IMG/VR virus record: IMGVR_UViG_3300042991_000780 | Location: 31,173-95,172 of that record | Source of the DNA: a virus | DNA length: 64,000 bases | Reading direction: 5' to 3' (one strand) | Shown here: positions 16,684-27,200 of the stretch, in pieces | Position numbering within the stretch: the first letter of the stretch is position 1 | How the letters are laid out: each line of letters begins with the position of its first letter | Translations under genes and position numbers: made by a program | Notes under the pieces: model-generated | What the model saw: only the letters and a program-made list of their open reading frames with translations | Told to the model about the DNA's origin: nothing | Database searches by the model: none

Positions 16684-17469
16684 TCATTTGGATATTGAGA
16701 ATCTTTTTCTGCTTCCAATACCACCAGTCTTTCTCTTATTTAAACCAATCCAACCATCATTAAGATATTTCGATAAAAATTCACCTTCTAATCTTATCGC
16801 ATCATCAACAAAAATATAATCAGTTAATTGTTTTCTTATTGGATGTAAGCCAGTGTTTATTGTATGTTTGGTAACTGCATCCGATAAATTCTTATTTCTA
16901 CTTTTTTGACGAATATCAATATTGCAGGTTAATCCAACATACACATGATTATCAGGAAATTCATAAGAATAAATACATTTATTAAATCTATCACCAATCG
17001 GTTTCATATGTTTACAAATATCATCAAGCCAATTGTTTTTTAACGCAATATGATAAACATGTTGTGAACCTTTCACAAATTCTGTCTTCGTTGAATATTT
17101 CAATGCTTCTTTTTTACAATTTTCAAAATTATGCCAATACCCATTTGGTAATTTTTTGTAAGTCATGTGTTGACATATTTCGTCAAGCCATCCATTATAC
17201 ATTGCAGAGTAATATGCGTTTTTATTTTCCTTTTGAAATTCTTTTCTATGTTTGTAATTTAATGCAAGTAAATGACATTTTTCGAAACTCCATTTGAATT
17301 TTATTTCGTATTTAATTTTCATATGCTTACACGCATCATCAAGCCAATTATTTTTTCGCAATATCTCATATGCTGTGCATGATCTTCGACAGAATTTTGT
17401 TCTTGTATCATATTTTAATGCTTCTTCAAAACACTTTTCTTTAGTCCAATAATTTCTATTTTTTCTCAT
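16684..17469 (-). CDS. Homing endonuclease-like protein: three ~52-aa repeats plus C-terminal GIY-YIG domain
   Basis: Repeat W..E.C...A..Y....F.....Y.....WLD..C.HM occurs three times, then CIYSYEFPDNHVYVGLT. Confidence 0.75.
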   Translation of the reverse strand: MRKNRNYWTKEKCFEEALKYDTRTKFCRRSCTAYEILRKNNWLDDACKHMKIKYEIKFKWSFEKCHLLALNYKHRKEFQKENKNAYYSAMYNGWLDEICQHMTYKKLPNGYWHNFENCKKEALKYSTKTEFVKGSQHVYHIALKNNWLDDICKHMKPIGDRFNKCIYSYEFPDNHVYVGLTCNIDIRQKSRNKNLSDAVTKHTINTGLHPIRKQLTDYIFVDDAIRLEGEFLSKYLNDGWIGLNKRKTGGIGSRKRFSISK

Positions 17470-17528
17470 AATAAAAAATCGTTTAATATAAATACTAAAC
17501 GACTTGATAAAATCCTTTTAATTTATTA

Positions 17529-18161
17529 TTATTTTAATATCACAACCAGATATCTTTTAAGATGTATAAAATTTGGAAAGATTTTATATTGATTGAGATA
17601 CATTTGACCGTCCATATCATACATATAATGTGCTGAACGTATTGAAATATTTTCTTTTATTTCATTAATATTAAACTTGAAATACTCATACATTTTTAAG
17701 TTTACGCCCCATATCTTATTCTCCTTTAAAACATAGATCATTTCATCCTTAAAATTGTAGGCAACATCAATTTCTTTTGGTAAAACACCCATCAAGTCTT
17801 CTATTTCTACGATTTGAAAGAATACCGGGTCTAAATTAACATATAAATATTTGGGAGCAAAATAAAATTGTGGAACATAATTTACAAAATTTTCAACACC
17901 CTTTACATGAGATGTCTTACTTTCCTTAAAACTGAATTCCCAATATAACTCATTGGTTATAATCTTCTTCTTGAGGATATCAGCATTTAGTATGATCTCA
18001 TTTCCGGGATTACAATCTTTCATGAATGACCAACCAACATATAATGTTGGCAGCGACTTATCGAGTTTATCATACTCAATGGGTTCATTGTAATAATTAA
18101 TGTACTCCGCTTTAGTGTGATTTACAAGTTCCTTTTCATGAATGATGTTAGCAATTTTCAT
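17529..18161 (-). CDS. Hypothetical protein
   Basis: 210-aa ORF overlapping the rfaD stop. Confidence 0.55.
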   Translation of the reverse strand: MKIANIIHEKELVNHTKAEYINYYNEPIEYDKLDKSLPTLYVGWSFMKDCNPGNEIILNADILKKKIITNELYWEFSFKESKTSHVKGVENFVNYVPQFYFAPKYLYVNLDPVFFQIVEIEDLMGVLPKEIDVAYNFKDEMIYVLKENKIWGVNLKMYEYFKFNINEIKENISIRSAHYMYDMDGQMYLNQYKIFPNFIHLKRYLVVILK

Positions 18162-19107
18162 TATTTAGTTTTTTTATATAGTTAGAAACACCTTCTTCCA
18201 ATTCATAAAATTTCTTATTGTAACCCGTTAATTTCAATTTAAGCATTTTTGCCTCAGTAAAATACTGATACTTATCTCTTATTTTTTTTGGGATGTCAAT
18301 ATATGAAATATTTTGCATAGTTCCAAGACTTTTAAAAACTGCATACACAAGATCATTAAATGTGCGTGCTTTGCCTGTGCCAACATTGTATATACCGGAT
18401 ATTGGTTTATTCTCATAAAGCCAGATACATACATCGACTACATCATCAACATAAATAAAATCTCTTGCCTGTTCGCCATTCTTATAATCTGGACGGTGAG
18501 ATTTAAATAAATTAACATATAAACTGCCAAAAAAACCACCATCGGCTTCAAAGCAATCATTTACATATTCATCATTCGCTTTGACTTCAAGATATTTTTG
18601 ATATACAACTGAAGCCATCTTACCTTTATGTGCTTCGCCATAACCATAAACATTGAAAAACTTTAAACCGTACCAACTTTCAGGTTGTTTTTCCTGTGTT
18701 TCAACCCAAACATCAAATTGTTGTTTCGACCAACCATATGGATTTAATGGTTTTAGTCTGATAATATCTTTTTCATCATCAAAACCATCTTCGCCATCAC
18801 CATACGTGGCTGCTGAACTTGCATAAATCAGTGGTATATTATATTGTGCACATAAATTCCAGATAAATATTGAAGCGTTTACATTAAATTCATCGAAAAG
18901 ATTTCTGTCCATAACTGTTGTATCGGTTATTGCACCAAGATGAAAAATGCAATCAATCTCCTTGGCGTGATTCATAAGCCAAGAAAACATGGAATCAAGT
19001 GATTCGCTTTTTGTGTCAAGCGATACAACACCAACATATCCACGCCTTGTTAATTCTTTAACAAGATTGCTGCCAATAAAACCTTCACCACCAGTTACTA
19101 CTATCAT
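18148..19107 (-). CDS. rfaD: ADP-L-glycero-D-manno-heptose 6-epimerase
   Basis: TGGEGFIGSN, FHLGAITDT, YASSAATYG, PLNPYGWSK, FNVYG..E.HKGKMAS, YQYFTEA. Confidence 0.92.
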   Translation of the reverse strand: MIVVTGGEGFIGSNLVKELTRRGYVGVVSLDTKSESLDSMFSWLMNHAKEIDCIFHLGAITDTTVMDRNLFDEFNVNASIFIWNLCAQYNIPLIYASSAATYGDGEDGFDDEKDIIRLKPLNPYGWSKQQFDVWVETQEKQPESWYGLKFFNVYGYGEAHKGKMASVVYQKYLEVKANDEYVNDCFEADGGFFGSLYVNLFKSHRPDYKNGEQARDFIYVDDVVDVCIWLYENKPISGIYNVGTGKARTFNDLVYAVFKSLGTMQNISYIDIPKKIRDKYQYFTEAKMLKLKLTGYNKKFYELEEGVSNYIKKLNNENC

Positions 19108-19535
19108 AATTTTTTTATCTTTTCAATAATATTTGTCGTTGATCTGTTATCTGTTATATAAAATGCTGCACCGTATTTCGCATTTTCAGCACCAATGACT
19201 TCCTTGTTTCGATAATGATCGCCAACAATTAAATAGTCAATATTACAATTTTTAACTAACTGTCTTAACTCATCATCAGTACTAAATATAAATACTTTAT
19301 CAACCATTCTTAAATTGGACATTATTGTTACCCTTGTGTTAATGTTATTTATTGGACGATTTTCTCCTTTCAATTGCTTTACTCTTTCATCACTATCAAG
19401 TCCAACATACAGTTTATTTTGACATCTAACTGGCAAAATTTCATTTTCATCAGTACCATATAGTTTTGCAAACCATAACAAATCTATATGCCCGGTATGT
19501 AAAATATCAAAACAACCATTTACCCAAATATTCAT
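19104..19535 (-). CDS. Heptose-1-phosphate adenylyltransferase (RfaE/HldE domain II)
   Basis: NGCFDILHTGH, VGLDSDERVKQLKG..RPIN, STT. Confidence 0.85.
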   Translation of the reverse strand: MNIWVNGCFDILHTGHIDLLWFAKLYGTDENEILPVRCQNKLYVGLDSDERVKQLKGENRPINNINTRVTIMSNLRMVDKVFIFSTDDELRQLVKNCNIDYLIVGDHYRNKEVIGAENAKYGAAFYITDNRSTTNIIEKIKKL

Positions 19536-19837
19536 AACTCTTCAATTCTCATGCTCTTATCATCGATGATGCGGTCATACGCTGGTTTTGAATTCATTAC
19601 AACATCGTGGTACTTACAACCCCAAGCCGTCAATTGGCGTGCGGTCAGGTCAGTCCAATTTAATCCAGTTACTTTACCCCTTGCAGTCCAGTAAATAATA
19701 GTATGACCCTCATCGAATAATTTATTTATTTTTGCAATGTTTTCTGGTATCGGTTTGGCATTTTCATAACCACCTTCTGTATGACAGATAGTACCATCAA
19801 TATCCACAAATATTACTTCACGCTTTTTTTCATTCAT
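19532..19837 (-). CDS. Small HAD-family phosphatase
   Basis: FVDIDGTI, WTARG, KP..D..IDDK. Confidence 0.8.
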   Translation of the reverse strand: MNEKKREVIFVDIDGTICHTEGGYENAKPIPENIAKINKLFDEGHTIIYWTARGKVTGLNWTDLTARQLTAWGCKYHDVVMNSKPAYDRIIDDKSMRIEEL

Positions 19838-20982
19838 TTTTGACTATCTCCTTTCTCTATTCTTATTGAATCTTCGGGAAAATCTGTTGTTGAGACTTCC
19901 ACAATTATTGAATTTGTTATTGCCATTAACTGATGTTCAATATTTGGCATGATTTCAATTTTATCACCTGCTTTAAATTTAAAATAATCAAAATGTTCAC
20001 TATTTTCTGTATTTATTATACATTCAAAACTACCCCACATACAAAACCAAAGTTCTTGTTTTATCTCGTGTTTATGCCAACTAAACTTTCTTCCTTTAAA
20101 GAAAACCAGATACTTCAAACAATACTTATCATTATTAACAAAATGAATTTCAAATCCCCATCCCTTTTTCACTATTTTAGAATTTGAATTTAATCCAATT
20201 AAAACTTGTGTCCAAAAACCTCGATTGTAATTGGTTATTCCATGACACTTCCTGCATAATGTTATGAGATTATTTTCCTCATTGTTGTTTTTATCATAAT
20301 CAATATGATGAACTTCTAATTTTTTTGTTTCACCACATAATTGGCAACAATTTCCATCCCTCTCTTTTATATTATTTTTCAGTTTTTTATTAAATCCAAA
20401 CCCATATTTATGTTCACAACCAACATTATCAGTAATTTCTTTATTATTACCATTATTTCTCGAACAATTTAAAGAACAAAACACTGGTTCTTGTCCTTTA
20501 TGTAAATTTCTTCTTGTATATTCAAATTCCTTTCCACATCTCGCACATATCTTCTTTTCTTTATTGGCAATCCACGCTGGATTGTTCTCATTTAATCTTT
20601 GTTGTGACATGTACTTGGCAAGACATTCTCTGGAACACACAATTTTCTCACCATAATGCTTAAATTCCTTGCCACAAATCTTACAGTTTGATATTGTTCT
20701 TATATCTGTTCTTTCAATTGCTTTTACTTGACATGTTCTCGAACAATACAGTCTATCTTTTTCCCATGTTGGTGCATTAAATTCTTTTCCACATTTTTTA
20801 CAAACCAAAGTTAATTTACAATTTTCGTTGTTTTGTTTTTGATTAAGATTTCGTTTACAAGCATAGCAGACACCAGTATTCACATATCTTTTATCGATAT
20901 GCCCATTTTGACATGGTTCACCAGTATAATACCATTTCTGACCAATCTTTTTGGCTTCTTCTCTTGTAATTACTTCTCTCAC
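19834..20982 (-). CDS. Zn-ribbon/HNH endonuclease fused in frame to a C-terminal cupin (sugar isomerase-like)
   Basis: CxxC repeats and CQLC...EVHHIDYDK.NN...NLITLCRKCH, then KKGWGFE...SWHKH..K.E...H...EVST. Confidence 0.8.
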   Translation of the reverse strand: MREVITREEAKKIGQKWYYTGEPCQNGHIDKRYVNTGVCYACKRNLNQKQNNENCKLTLVCKKCGKEFNAPTWEKDRLYCSRTCQVKAIERTDIRTISNCKICGKEFKHYGEKIVCSRECLAKYMSQQRLNENNPAWIANKEKKICARCGKEFEYTRRNLHKGQEPVFCSLNCSRNNGNNKEITDNVGCEHKYGFGFNKKLKNNIKERDGNCCQLCGETKKLEVHHIDYDKNNNEENNLITLCRKCHGITNYNRGFWTQVLIGLNSNSKIVKKGWGFEIHFVNNDKYCLKYLVFFKGRKFSWHKHEIKQELWFCMWGSFECIINTENSEHFDYFKFKAGDKIEIMPNIEHQLMAITNSIIVEVSTTDFPEDSIRIEKGDSQK

Positions 20983-21740
20983 ACTTTTACTTTATTTAAA
21001 TCAACAACCACCACGCCTTTTTGTGTCACTACCCATGCTGAACATTTATTGGCAAACCTAATTGCTTCACAAATATCGTTATTTTCTATGTATTTTGCAA
21101 CAAGTGCTGCAAGAAAAGTATCACCAGCACCACTTAAATCTCTAACGTCATGCTCATTTTCAATTGGAAATTTCTGATCAAAATTTAAAACAGCACCATC
21201 CTTGCCTTTTGTTACAATCAGATTTCCCGGATAATAATTCCTTAAATAATCTTCGTTTGCTTTGAATTCCTTATTATTGATCTTTAAAAACTTAATATCC
21301 TCACACCAAGGACCTAATTCTTTTTTGGTGTCCATGAAAGTTAATGGATGATTTTCAGCAATCCACATGATATCATCATCACTTAAATAACCTTTATTAT
21401 AATCACTTATAACAACAGCAACGTAATTTTCTAAATTAAAAAATTCCAATTCTTCAGAAGTTATTGGTTTGATCTCATCTTTTTCGTCAACTCTGATTAA
21501 CATTTGATTTGAAACTTCATCAACATATCTTGTTTTCACTGGTCTGATATCATTTGTCATAACATCACATTCAATACCTAATGCTTTTAAATTTTCTGCA
21601 ACATTTATTGCCATCCCGCCATTTCCGGTTGTTCTTGATGGTAAAAATATTGGTACAGGTGCTTCTGGACTTAATCTTTCACATTTACCATACCTGAATA
21701 CGTCTGAACAACCATCACCAATTACTAAAACTTTTTTCAT
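20979..21740 (-). CDS. Heptose-7-phosphate kinase (RfaE/HldE domain I, PfkB family)
   Basis: RLSPEAPVP, SDYNKG, DLSGAGDTF. Confidence 0.88.
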   Translation of the reverse strand: MKKVLVIGDGCSDVFRYGKCERLSPEAPVPIFLPSRTTGNGGMAINVAENLKALGIECDVMTNDIRPVKTRYVDEVSNQMLIRVDEKDEIKPITSEELEFFNLENYVAVVISDYNKGYLSDDDIMWIAENHPLTFMDTKKELGPWCEDIKFLKINNKEFKANEDYLRNYYPGNLIVTKGKDGAVLNFDQKFPIENEHDVRDLSGAGDTFLAALVAKYIENNDICEAIRFANKCSAWVVTQKGVVVVDLNKVKV

Positions 21741-22735
21741 TTAATCATATATTTAAAAATCCACATTATTTTTTCTGCAGCATGTCCATCGCCAAAGGGA
21801 CAATCATAATTTATTACATAATCGTCTATGTGTTTTGTAAATACTTCATTTAATTCTTCTGGACTTTTAACCATAAATGAACTTTGACCAATTGCTTCTG
21901 GACGTTCAGTTACTTTTCTACAAACCAAGCATTTTTTATTAAAAAATGAACATTCTTCCTGTAAACCACCACTATCCGTTATTACTAATCTTGTTTTAAC
22001 CAATAGTTCAAGCATATCTTCATATGATAATGGATCAATAACAACAATATTTTTTAATAAAGGCTTATGTTTTTGTACGTTTGGATTCGGATGTATTGGT
22101 AATATAAATGTAAATTTTGGATATTGTAATGCCAATTTATCTAACTCAATAAACCATTTATCCATCCAATGATGATTTTCACGTCTGTGCATTGTAATTA
22201 ATATTTTATCCGTATATGCACATTCATTTTTGTATGATAATAAATTATCAATTACTGTATTACCAACGACATAACTTTCAGTATATATTTTTTCATTAAT
22301 AATATTTTTTTGTGCCTGTTTTGTTGGACAAAAATGAATATTAGCAATTTGAGATATGATTCTGCGATTTATTTCTTCTGGAAACGGATTTTCACGATCA
22401 AATGTACGTAACCCTGCCTCTAAATGAATAACTTTTATTCCATTATGAAATGCAGATAATGCAAGTGCTAATGCAGATGTAGTATCCCCCTGAACCAATA
22501 TATGTGTAATCGGCTCACTAAATAATGGTAATACATCCATTAATGATTTAATGATTGTATCCAATCTATTATTACCTTCTTGAATTTTTACGATATAATT
22601 ATATTCAAATTGTCCAATATGTTCTTGCTGTCCGGTAAATAATATTTTAAAAGGATAATTATTCTTTCTAAATTCCTCAATTAATGACTTTATTTTAATC
22701 CATTCTGGTCTTGTTCCATAACATAATAGTATCAT
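21737..22735 (-). CDS. wecB: UDP-N-acetylglucosamine 2-epimerase (non-hydrolysing)
   Basis: GTRPEWIK, QGDTTS, HLEAGLRT, PEEINR, TDSGGLQEE. Confidence 0.92.
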   Translation of the reverse strand: MILLCYGTRPEWIKIKSLIEEFRKNNYPFKILFTGQQEHIGQFEYNYIVKIQEGNNRLDTIIKSLMDVLPLFSEPITHILVQGDTTSALALALSAFHNGIKVIHLEAGLRTFDRENPFPEEINRRIISQIANIHFCPTKQAQKNIINEKIYTESYVVGNTVIDNLLSYKNECAYTDKILITMHRRENHHWMDKWFIELDKLALQYPKFTFILPIHPNPNVQKHKPLLKNIVVIDPLSYEDMLELLVKTRLVITDSGGLQEECSFFNKKCLVCRKVTERPEAIGQSSFMVKSPEELNEVFTKHIDDYVINYDCPFGDGHAAEKIMWIFKYMIK

Positions 22736-22736
22736 A

Positions 22737-23312
22737 TTATTCTTCTTTTTTTATGTGTAGTAAAACTACACTCAGTTCATTTTTATTTAAAATTCTATTA
22801 CTAAAATTTAATGGAGTTGCATCAATTCTTTTATTTATTATATTTAAATTAACATCTGGATAATCAAACGTTAATATTAAATGTCCACCAGAATTAACCT
22901 GATTATATAAATTATCGAATGCCAATAATATATCATCACCATTTAAATGTTCGATTGTTGAAATATTTAACACCACATCAAAGGAATTACTATTTGGTAC
23001 TAATATATCATAAAAAATAAAATTTTCTTTTTCTGGTTTTTTTTCAATTCCAATATAATTCAATCTACCCCAAACATCTGAATGTATTACATTATTTGAA
23101 TATTGTTCAATGTCATTACAGAATGTTAAATGCAGACAATCACCATAATTAAGTCCACCACAAGCAGTATTATGTATTGAATTGGGTTTGATTTCCTTTA
23201 ATTTATCAAGAACATATTTCCATTCATATATGCGTGACCAATGAATATACTTCAGTTCAATTGGATAATCATTAGTTATAAATTCATATTTTATTATTTC
23301 AAAATTATTCAC
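22737..23312 (-). CDS. SAM-dependent methyltransferase-like protein
   Basis: WSRIYEW...FDVVLNISTIEH...GGHLILTFD. GTG start at 23312 proposed (ORF track gives 23351). Confidence 0.6.
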   Translation of the reverse strand: MNNFEIIKYEFITNDYPIELKYIHWSRIYEWKYVLDKLKEIKPNSIHNTACGGLNYGDCLHLTFCNDIEQYSNNVIHSDVWGRLNYIGIEKKPEKENFIFYDILVPNSNSFDVVLNISTIEHLNGDDILLAFDNLYNQVNSGGHLILTFDYPDVNLNIINKRIDATPLNFSNRILNKNELSVVLLHIKKEE

Positions 23313-24045
23313 GGCTATATGGATGATATTCAAACATTTTAACAAATGCATCGAATGTAATGTTATTTTTTTTCATAAAATAATTTTTATGTTCATGAGC
23401 AAACGATTGTAAAACTTTATTTCTTGTAACGCCACCATAATGACAAACCCAAGACAAGCCAGTACTTTTAATTTTCAAACCATTTTTTAATATTCTATAA
23501 ACCAAATCATCATCTTCACATTGTTGTGGTGAAAAATTTTCATCATAATATCCACCAATTTCATTAAGTTGATTTAATTTAATTAACCAAGGATGAACCT
23601 GACGACATTTGTTATATGTTTTATCATATTTTAATGATTCAATTTTTTTCTCTAAATAATTAACATCAATAATACTTTGGGGTAAATAAATGTGTGGTTG
23701 TAATATTCCAGTTTCAATATCATCAATATTTAATAAAGGCTCTAACCATATCTTTGGAAATAGCATATCGGAATGTAATTCCAATAAAAAATCAAAATTT
23801 TCCTTAATTATTTCATTATAAACTTTAATTCTTGGCATAACAATTCCCTCATTTATAATATTAAATATTATGTATTTATCAACATTTATTGATTTTAAAT
23901 ATTCTTTTAAATCATTATTTGAATTATTATCGCAAACAAATAATTTAAATTCATGCTGATTTATATCCGAATTAAATAATGATTCTAAGCATGGTTTTAA
24001 ATACGTTAAATCATTATGTGTTATTAATGATATTGCTATTCGCAT
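23305..24045 (-). CDS. Glycosyltransferase family 2
   Basis: VCDNNS, LHSD, GGYYDENF...EDDDL. Confidence 0.8.
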   Translation of the reverse strand: MRIAISLITHNDLTYLKPCLESLFNSDINQHEFKLFVCDNNSNNDLKEYLKSINVDKYIIFNIINEGIVMPRIKVYNEIIKENFDFLLELHSDMLFPKIWLEPLLNIDDIETGILQPHIYLPQSIIDVNYLEKKIESLKYDKTYNKCRQVHPWLIKLNQLNEIGGYYDENFSPQQCEDDDLVYRILKNGLKIKSTGLSWVCHYGGVTRNKVLQSFAHEHKNYFMKKNNITFDAFVKMFEYHPYSRE

Positions 24046-25076
24046 TTATTTACTTGTTTATTAATCCAATTATATGTTTTTTCGAGTCCAACAATTAATG
24101 GTTGACTAACTTCCCAGCCAATTCTTTCACGATAAAGTTTATTATCCGAATTTCTACCACGCACACCTAAAGGACATTTAAATCCATATTTATCAATAAA
24201 TTGCTGACCATCAATATTATATATTTTAATATTTTTTCCAGAAATATTAATAGCCATTTGTGCAAGTTGATTAATGTTGACCATTTCTTCCGAACCAATA
24301 TTAACTGGTTCAGTAAAATCACTTGCCATTAGTTTTTGAATTGCTTCTATACATTCGTCAACATATAAAAATGAACGAGTTTGTTGACCATCGCCCCAAA
24401 CTTCAATAGTTCCACCATCTGGTGTTTCTGCTGCTTTTCTACACATTGCTGCGGGTGCTTTTTCTTTTCCACCAGTCCAAGTTCCATGTGTGCCAAAAAT
24501 ATTATGAAACCTTGCAATCCTAATATTTAAACCATAATTTCTTTCAAATGCTTTATATAATCTTTCACTGAAAAGTTTTTCCCAACCATATTCACTATCT
24601 GGTGCTGCAGGATATGCAGAATCTTCAGAACATTTTGGATTATTAGGGTCTAATTGATTGTACGCAGGATACATACATGCAGATGAACTATAAAACAATT
24701 TTTTAACACCCTTTTTAACCGCTTCTTTTGCAACATTTAAATTAATTAATCCAGAATTATGCATAACATCAGCATCGTGTTCACCAGTAAAAATATAACC
24801 AGCACCGCCCATATCTGCTGCAAGTTGGTATACCTCATCAAAAGCATTTGGGTCATTTCTTTCTGTACTTTGCTTTGGTGAGAACATAATTCGTGATACT
24901 AACATTGGATCACGTAAATCACCACTGATATATTCATCACATATTATATTATGGTCAAAATATTCATGACATGGTTTAATATCCACTATTCTTACCCAAT
25001 CACCTTGTGATTTAAAGAATTTTCCTAAGTGACCACCAATAAAGCCACCCCCACCTAAAATTAAAATTCGTTTCAT
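24036..25076 (-). CDS. NDP-sugar epimerase, GDP-mannose 3,5-epimerase-like
   Basis: GGGGFIG, LAADMGG, SSACMYP, YGWEK, EKAPAA.CRK, GVRGRNSDN. Confidence 0.85.
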   Translation of the reverse strand: MKRILILGGGGFIGGHLGKFFKSQGDWVRIVDIKPCHEYFDHNIICDEYISGDLRDPMLVSRIMFSPKQSTERNDPNAFDEVYQLAADMGGAGYIFTGEHDADVMHNSGLINLNVAKEAVKKGVKKLFYSSSACMYPAYNQLDPNNPKCSEDSAYPAAPDSEYGWEKLFSERLYKAFERNYGLNIRIARFHNIFGTHGTWTGGKEKAPAAMCRKAAETPDGGTIEVWGDGQQTRSFLYVDECIEAIQKLMASDFTEPVNIGSEEMVNINQLAQMAINISGKNIKIYNIDGQQFIDKYGFKCPLGVRGRNSDNKLYRERIGWEVSQPLIVGLEKTYNWINKQVNKCE

Positions 25077-25657
25077 AATTTTTCCAATATTTTATCATAT
25101 GATAAACCATCTGAAATCAATTTCAAATATTTATCTTTATTTAAATACTTTGGATTTATCCACCAATCTTCAAATGGATTTGGTGTTATTGTAACATTTG
25201 AACATAACAAAAAATATCCCCTTTCTGTTAAAAATTGTCTTTGTGTTGTTCTTTCAGTATCACCATAACCTCTATATGCGTCATGTTCAATTGTTATTAT
25301 TTTAAACTCTACATTTGCTTCAAAAATTTTTTTTAATGCTAAAAATCTCAATCCATTACCTTCAATATCTAAACTTAAATAATCAATTACTTTGGGTATA
25401 TTATGCGTTTCAAGTAATTTTTCATAATCACATTCCAACGCATTAATGCATACAAAAGGCGTATTGCGTACTTTCCATTCATTAGTTAAATTATTAATGT
25501 CCAATGAAACACCATGCCATCCATGTTCTTCCAATAACATAGTATTATTTATATCTTTTGGTAATGCACAGCCAATGTCTAAAAAATATCCAGCATAATC
25601 ATCACCAAAAAATGATAATACAAATATGTCCTGTCCTGCCTGTGAATATGTTTTCAT
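25073..25657 (-). CDS. FkbM-like methyltransferase
   Basis: SQAGQD, FLDIGC, NNT..LE..GW.G, IDYLSLDIEG. Start at MKTY, overlapping the upstream stop. Confidence 0.75.
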   Translation of the reverse strand: MKTYSQAGQDIFVLSFFGDDYAGYFLDIGCALPKDINNTMLLEEHGWHGVSLDINNLTNEWKVRNTPFVCINALECDYEKLLETHNIPKVIDYLSLDIEGNGLRFLALKKIFEANVEFKIITIEHDAYRGYGDTERTTQRQFLTERGYFLLCSNVTITPNPFEDWWINPKYLNKDKYLKLISDGLSYDKILEKL

Positions 25658-26433
25658 AATGTCCAATGTTTTAATAATCTTTTTGCTCTTTGAACGCACA
25701 TCATTTTATCTTCATACCAATGTTCCACAAAGGGATGTGTTTCAATAATATTATATTTATATTTATGTATCATCCAACTATGTGCTGTTTGTTCACAAAC
25801 ATGCCAAACATGTACACCCAGATCAGACACGGGAAAAATATCAACATTAATCATTTGATTTGTTATATTATAAAATTCTTTCATTGGGTAGTTTTTTGGC
25901 AATCCCAATGTACCAATATTATATTCTTTAAAATCAATATTATTTAATATTGTCTGACACACTAAAATTTCACCCATTTTTGGATTTCCTTGTCTAACAA
26001 TTCTTTCGTATTTCCATACAAACATGTCTTTTTCTTCATCAATGTTTGTTGGTAATGGTGCTTTCCAAATTAAATCATTATCAATTCTAATAAGATATTC
26101 ATTTGGATCATTTGTATACATTTGCCACTCAAGTATTGAATTAAATGCAAACCAATGTTTTCTCCACTCACTTATTTTTTCACCAATATTCATATATGAA
26201 ACACTTGATAAATTTACATTATATTGTTCCATACGTTCTTTTATCATTTCAACATCATTTGTATAAATAATTAAGGGGATATCTGGGTTTTGTTCAACAA
26301 ATGTTGCATATGATGCAGCAGAATATCCAAAAATATCTTTAGGAATTCTGCTATATACTTTGTCAGCCCAAAATCTTCCTGTTGCTTTAACTTTATCGAT
26401 ATCAAAATCGAACACTAACGACATTGCCCTCAT
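25654..26433 (-). CDS. Putative GT-A fold glycosyltransferase
   Basis: IIYTND, RIDND (DxD), YNIG, EQ. Confidence 0.5.
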   Translation of the reverse strand: MRAMSLVFDFDIDKVKATGRFWADKVYSRIPKDIFGYSAASYATFVEQNPDIPLIIYTNDVEMIKERMEQYNVNLSSVSYMNIGEKISEWRKHWFAFNSILEWQMYTNDPNEYLIRIDNDLIWKAPLPTNIDEEKDMFVWKYERIVRQGNPKMGEILVCQTILNNIDFKEYNIGTLGLPKNYPMKEFYNITNQMINVDIFPVSDLGVHVWHVCEQTAHSWMIHKYKYNIIETHPFVEHWYEDKMMCVQRAKRLLKHWTL

Positions 26434-26438
26434 ATTTA

Positions 26439-27200
26439 CTATTTTTTTGTTGCTATAAAATAGAACATATCTTTACCATGTTTTATTTGAATTATTTTAT
26501 GTTTAAAACCAAGAATATCAAGTCTTGGTATTATTATTTTATTAAGCCATTCTATGTTATTTTCTTGTTGAAACATGCCACCCATTGCAATGAAAATATT
26601 TTTACATTCAAATAATTTAAGATTTTCTAATAATATTGCTCTTTCATTTATTGGTACTTCAGAAATTGACCATAAACCAATAAATAATGAATTTCCACTA
26701 ATATTTTTTATTGTATCAAATTCCTGCATAAAATAAACATTATTAATCACATTATTTTCATTTAAATAGTATTTTTGAATTTGTATTAATTCTGGAATAT
26801 CGTAAGAATAATATGGTTTATTATGATCCCACGCCTTAAATAATCGACACACATTTCCATATCCACCACCAAATTCAACAACATCGTCAAATTCATTTAA
26901 TTTATATCCAGTCTCTTCCATCATTCTTTGTAGTGAATATGCATGATGCAAATTATTTGTCGATGATTCAGAGCATATTGAATGTGAATTAGGTTTTAAT
27001 TTGGTTTCTTTAATTTTATTCTTCCATGATTCCCATCTTCCATTACTTATTAAATATTCATATTCAACATTTTGAATTCCCGCAATCATCGTTTTTTGAA
27101 TTTCATTCCAATTGAAAAATGTTGCGATATTTTCATGTGCTAAATGATTTCGTATCCCATTTCGAAGAGTTTCCCAAAATCCTAATTTTATTTCACTCAT
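26439..27200 (-). CDS. Putative sugar O-methyltransferase
   Basis: VVEFGGGYGN, YDIPE...Q..YL, WSISE. Confidence 0.7.
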   Translation of the reverse strand: MSEIKLGFWETLRNGIRNHLAHENIATFFNWNEIQKTMIAGIQNVEYEYLISNGRWESWKNKIKETKLKPNSHSICSESSTNNLHHAYSLQRMMEETGYKLNEFDDVVEFGGGYGNVCRLFKAWDHNKPYYSYDIPELIQIQKYYLNENNVINNVYFMQEFDTIKNISGNSLFIGLWSISEVPINERAILLENLKLFECKNIFIAMGGMFQQENNIEWLNKIIIPRLDILGFKHKIIQIKHGKDMFYFIATKK

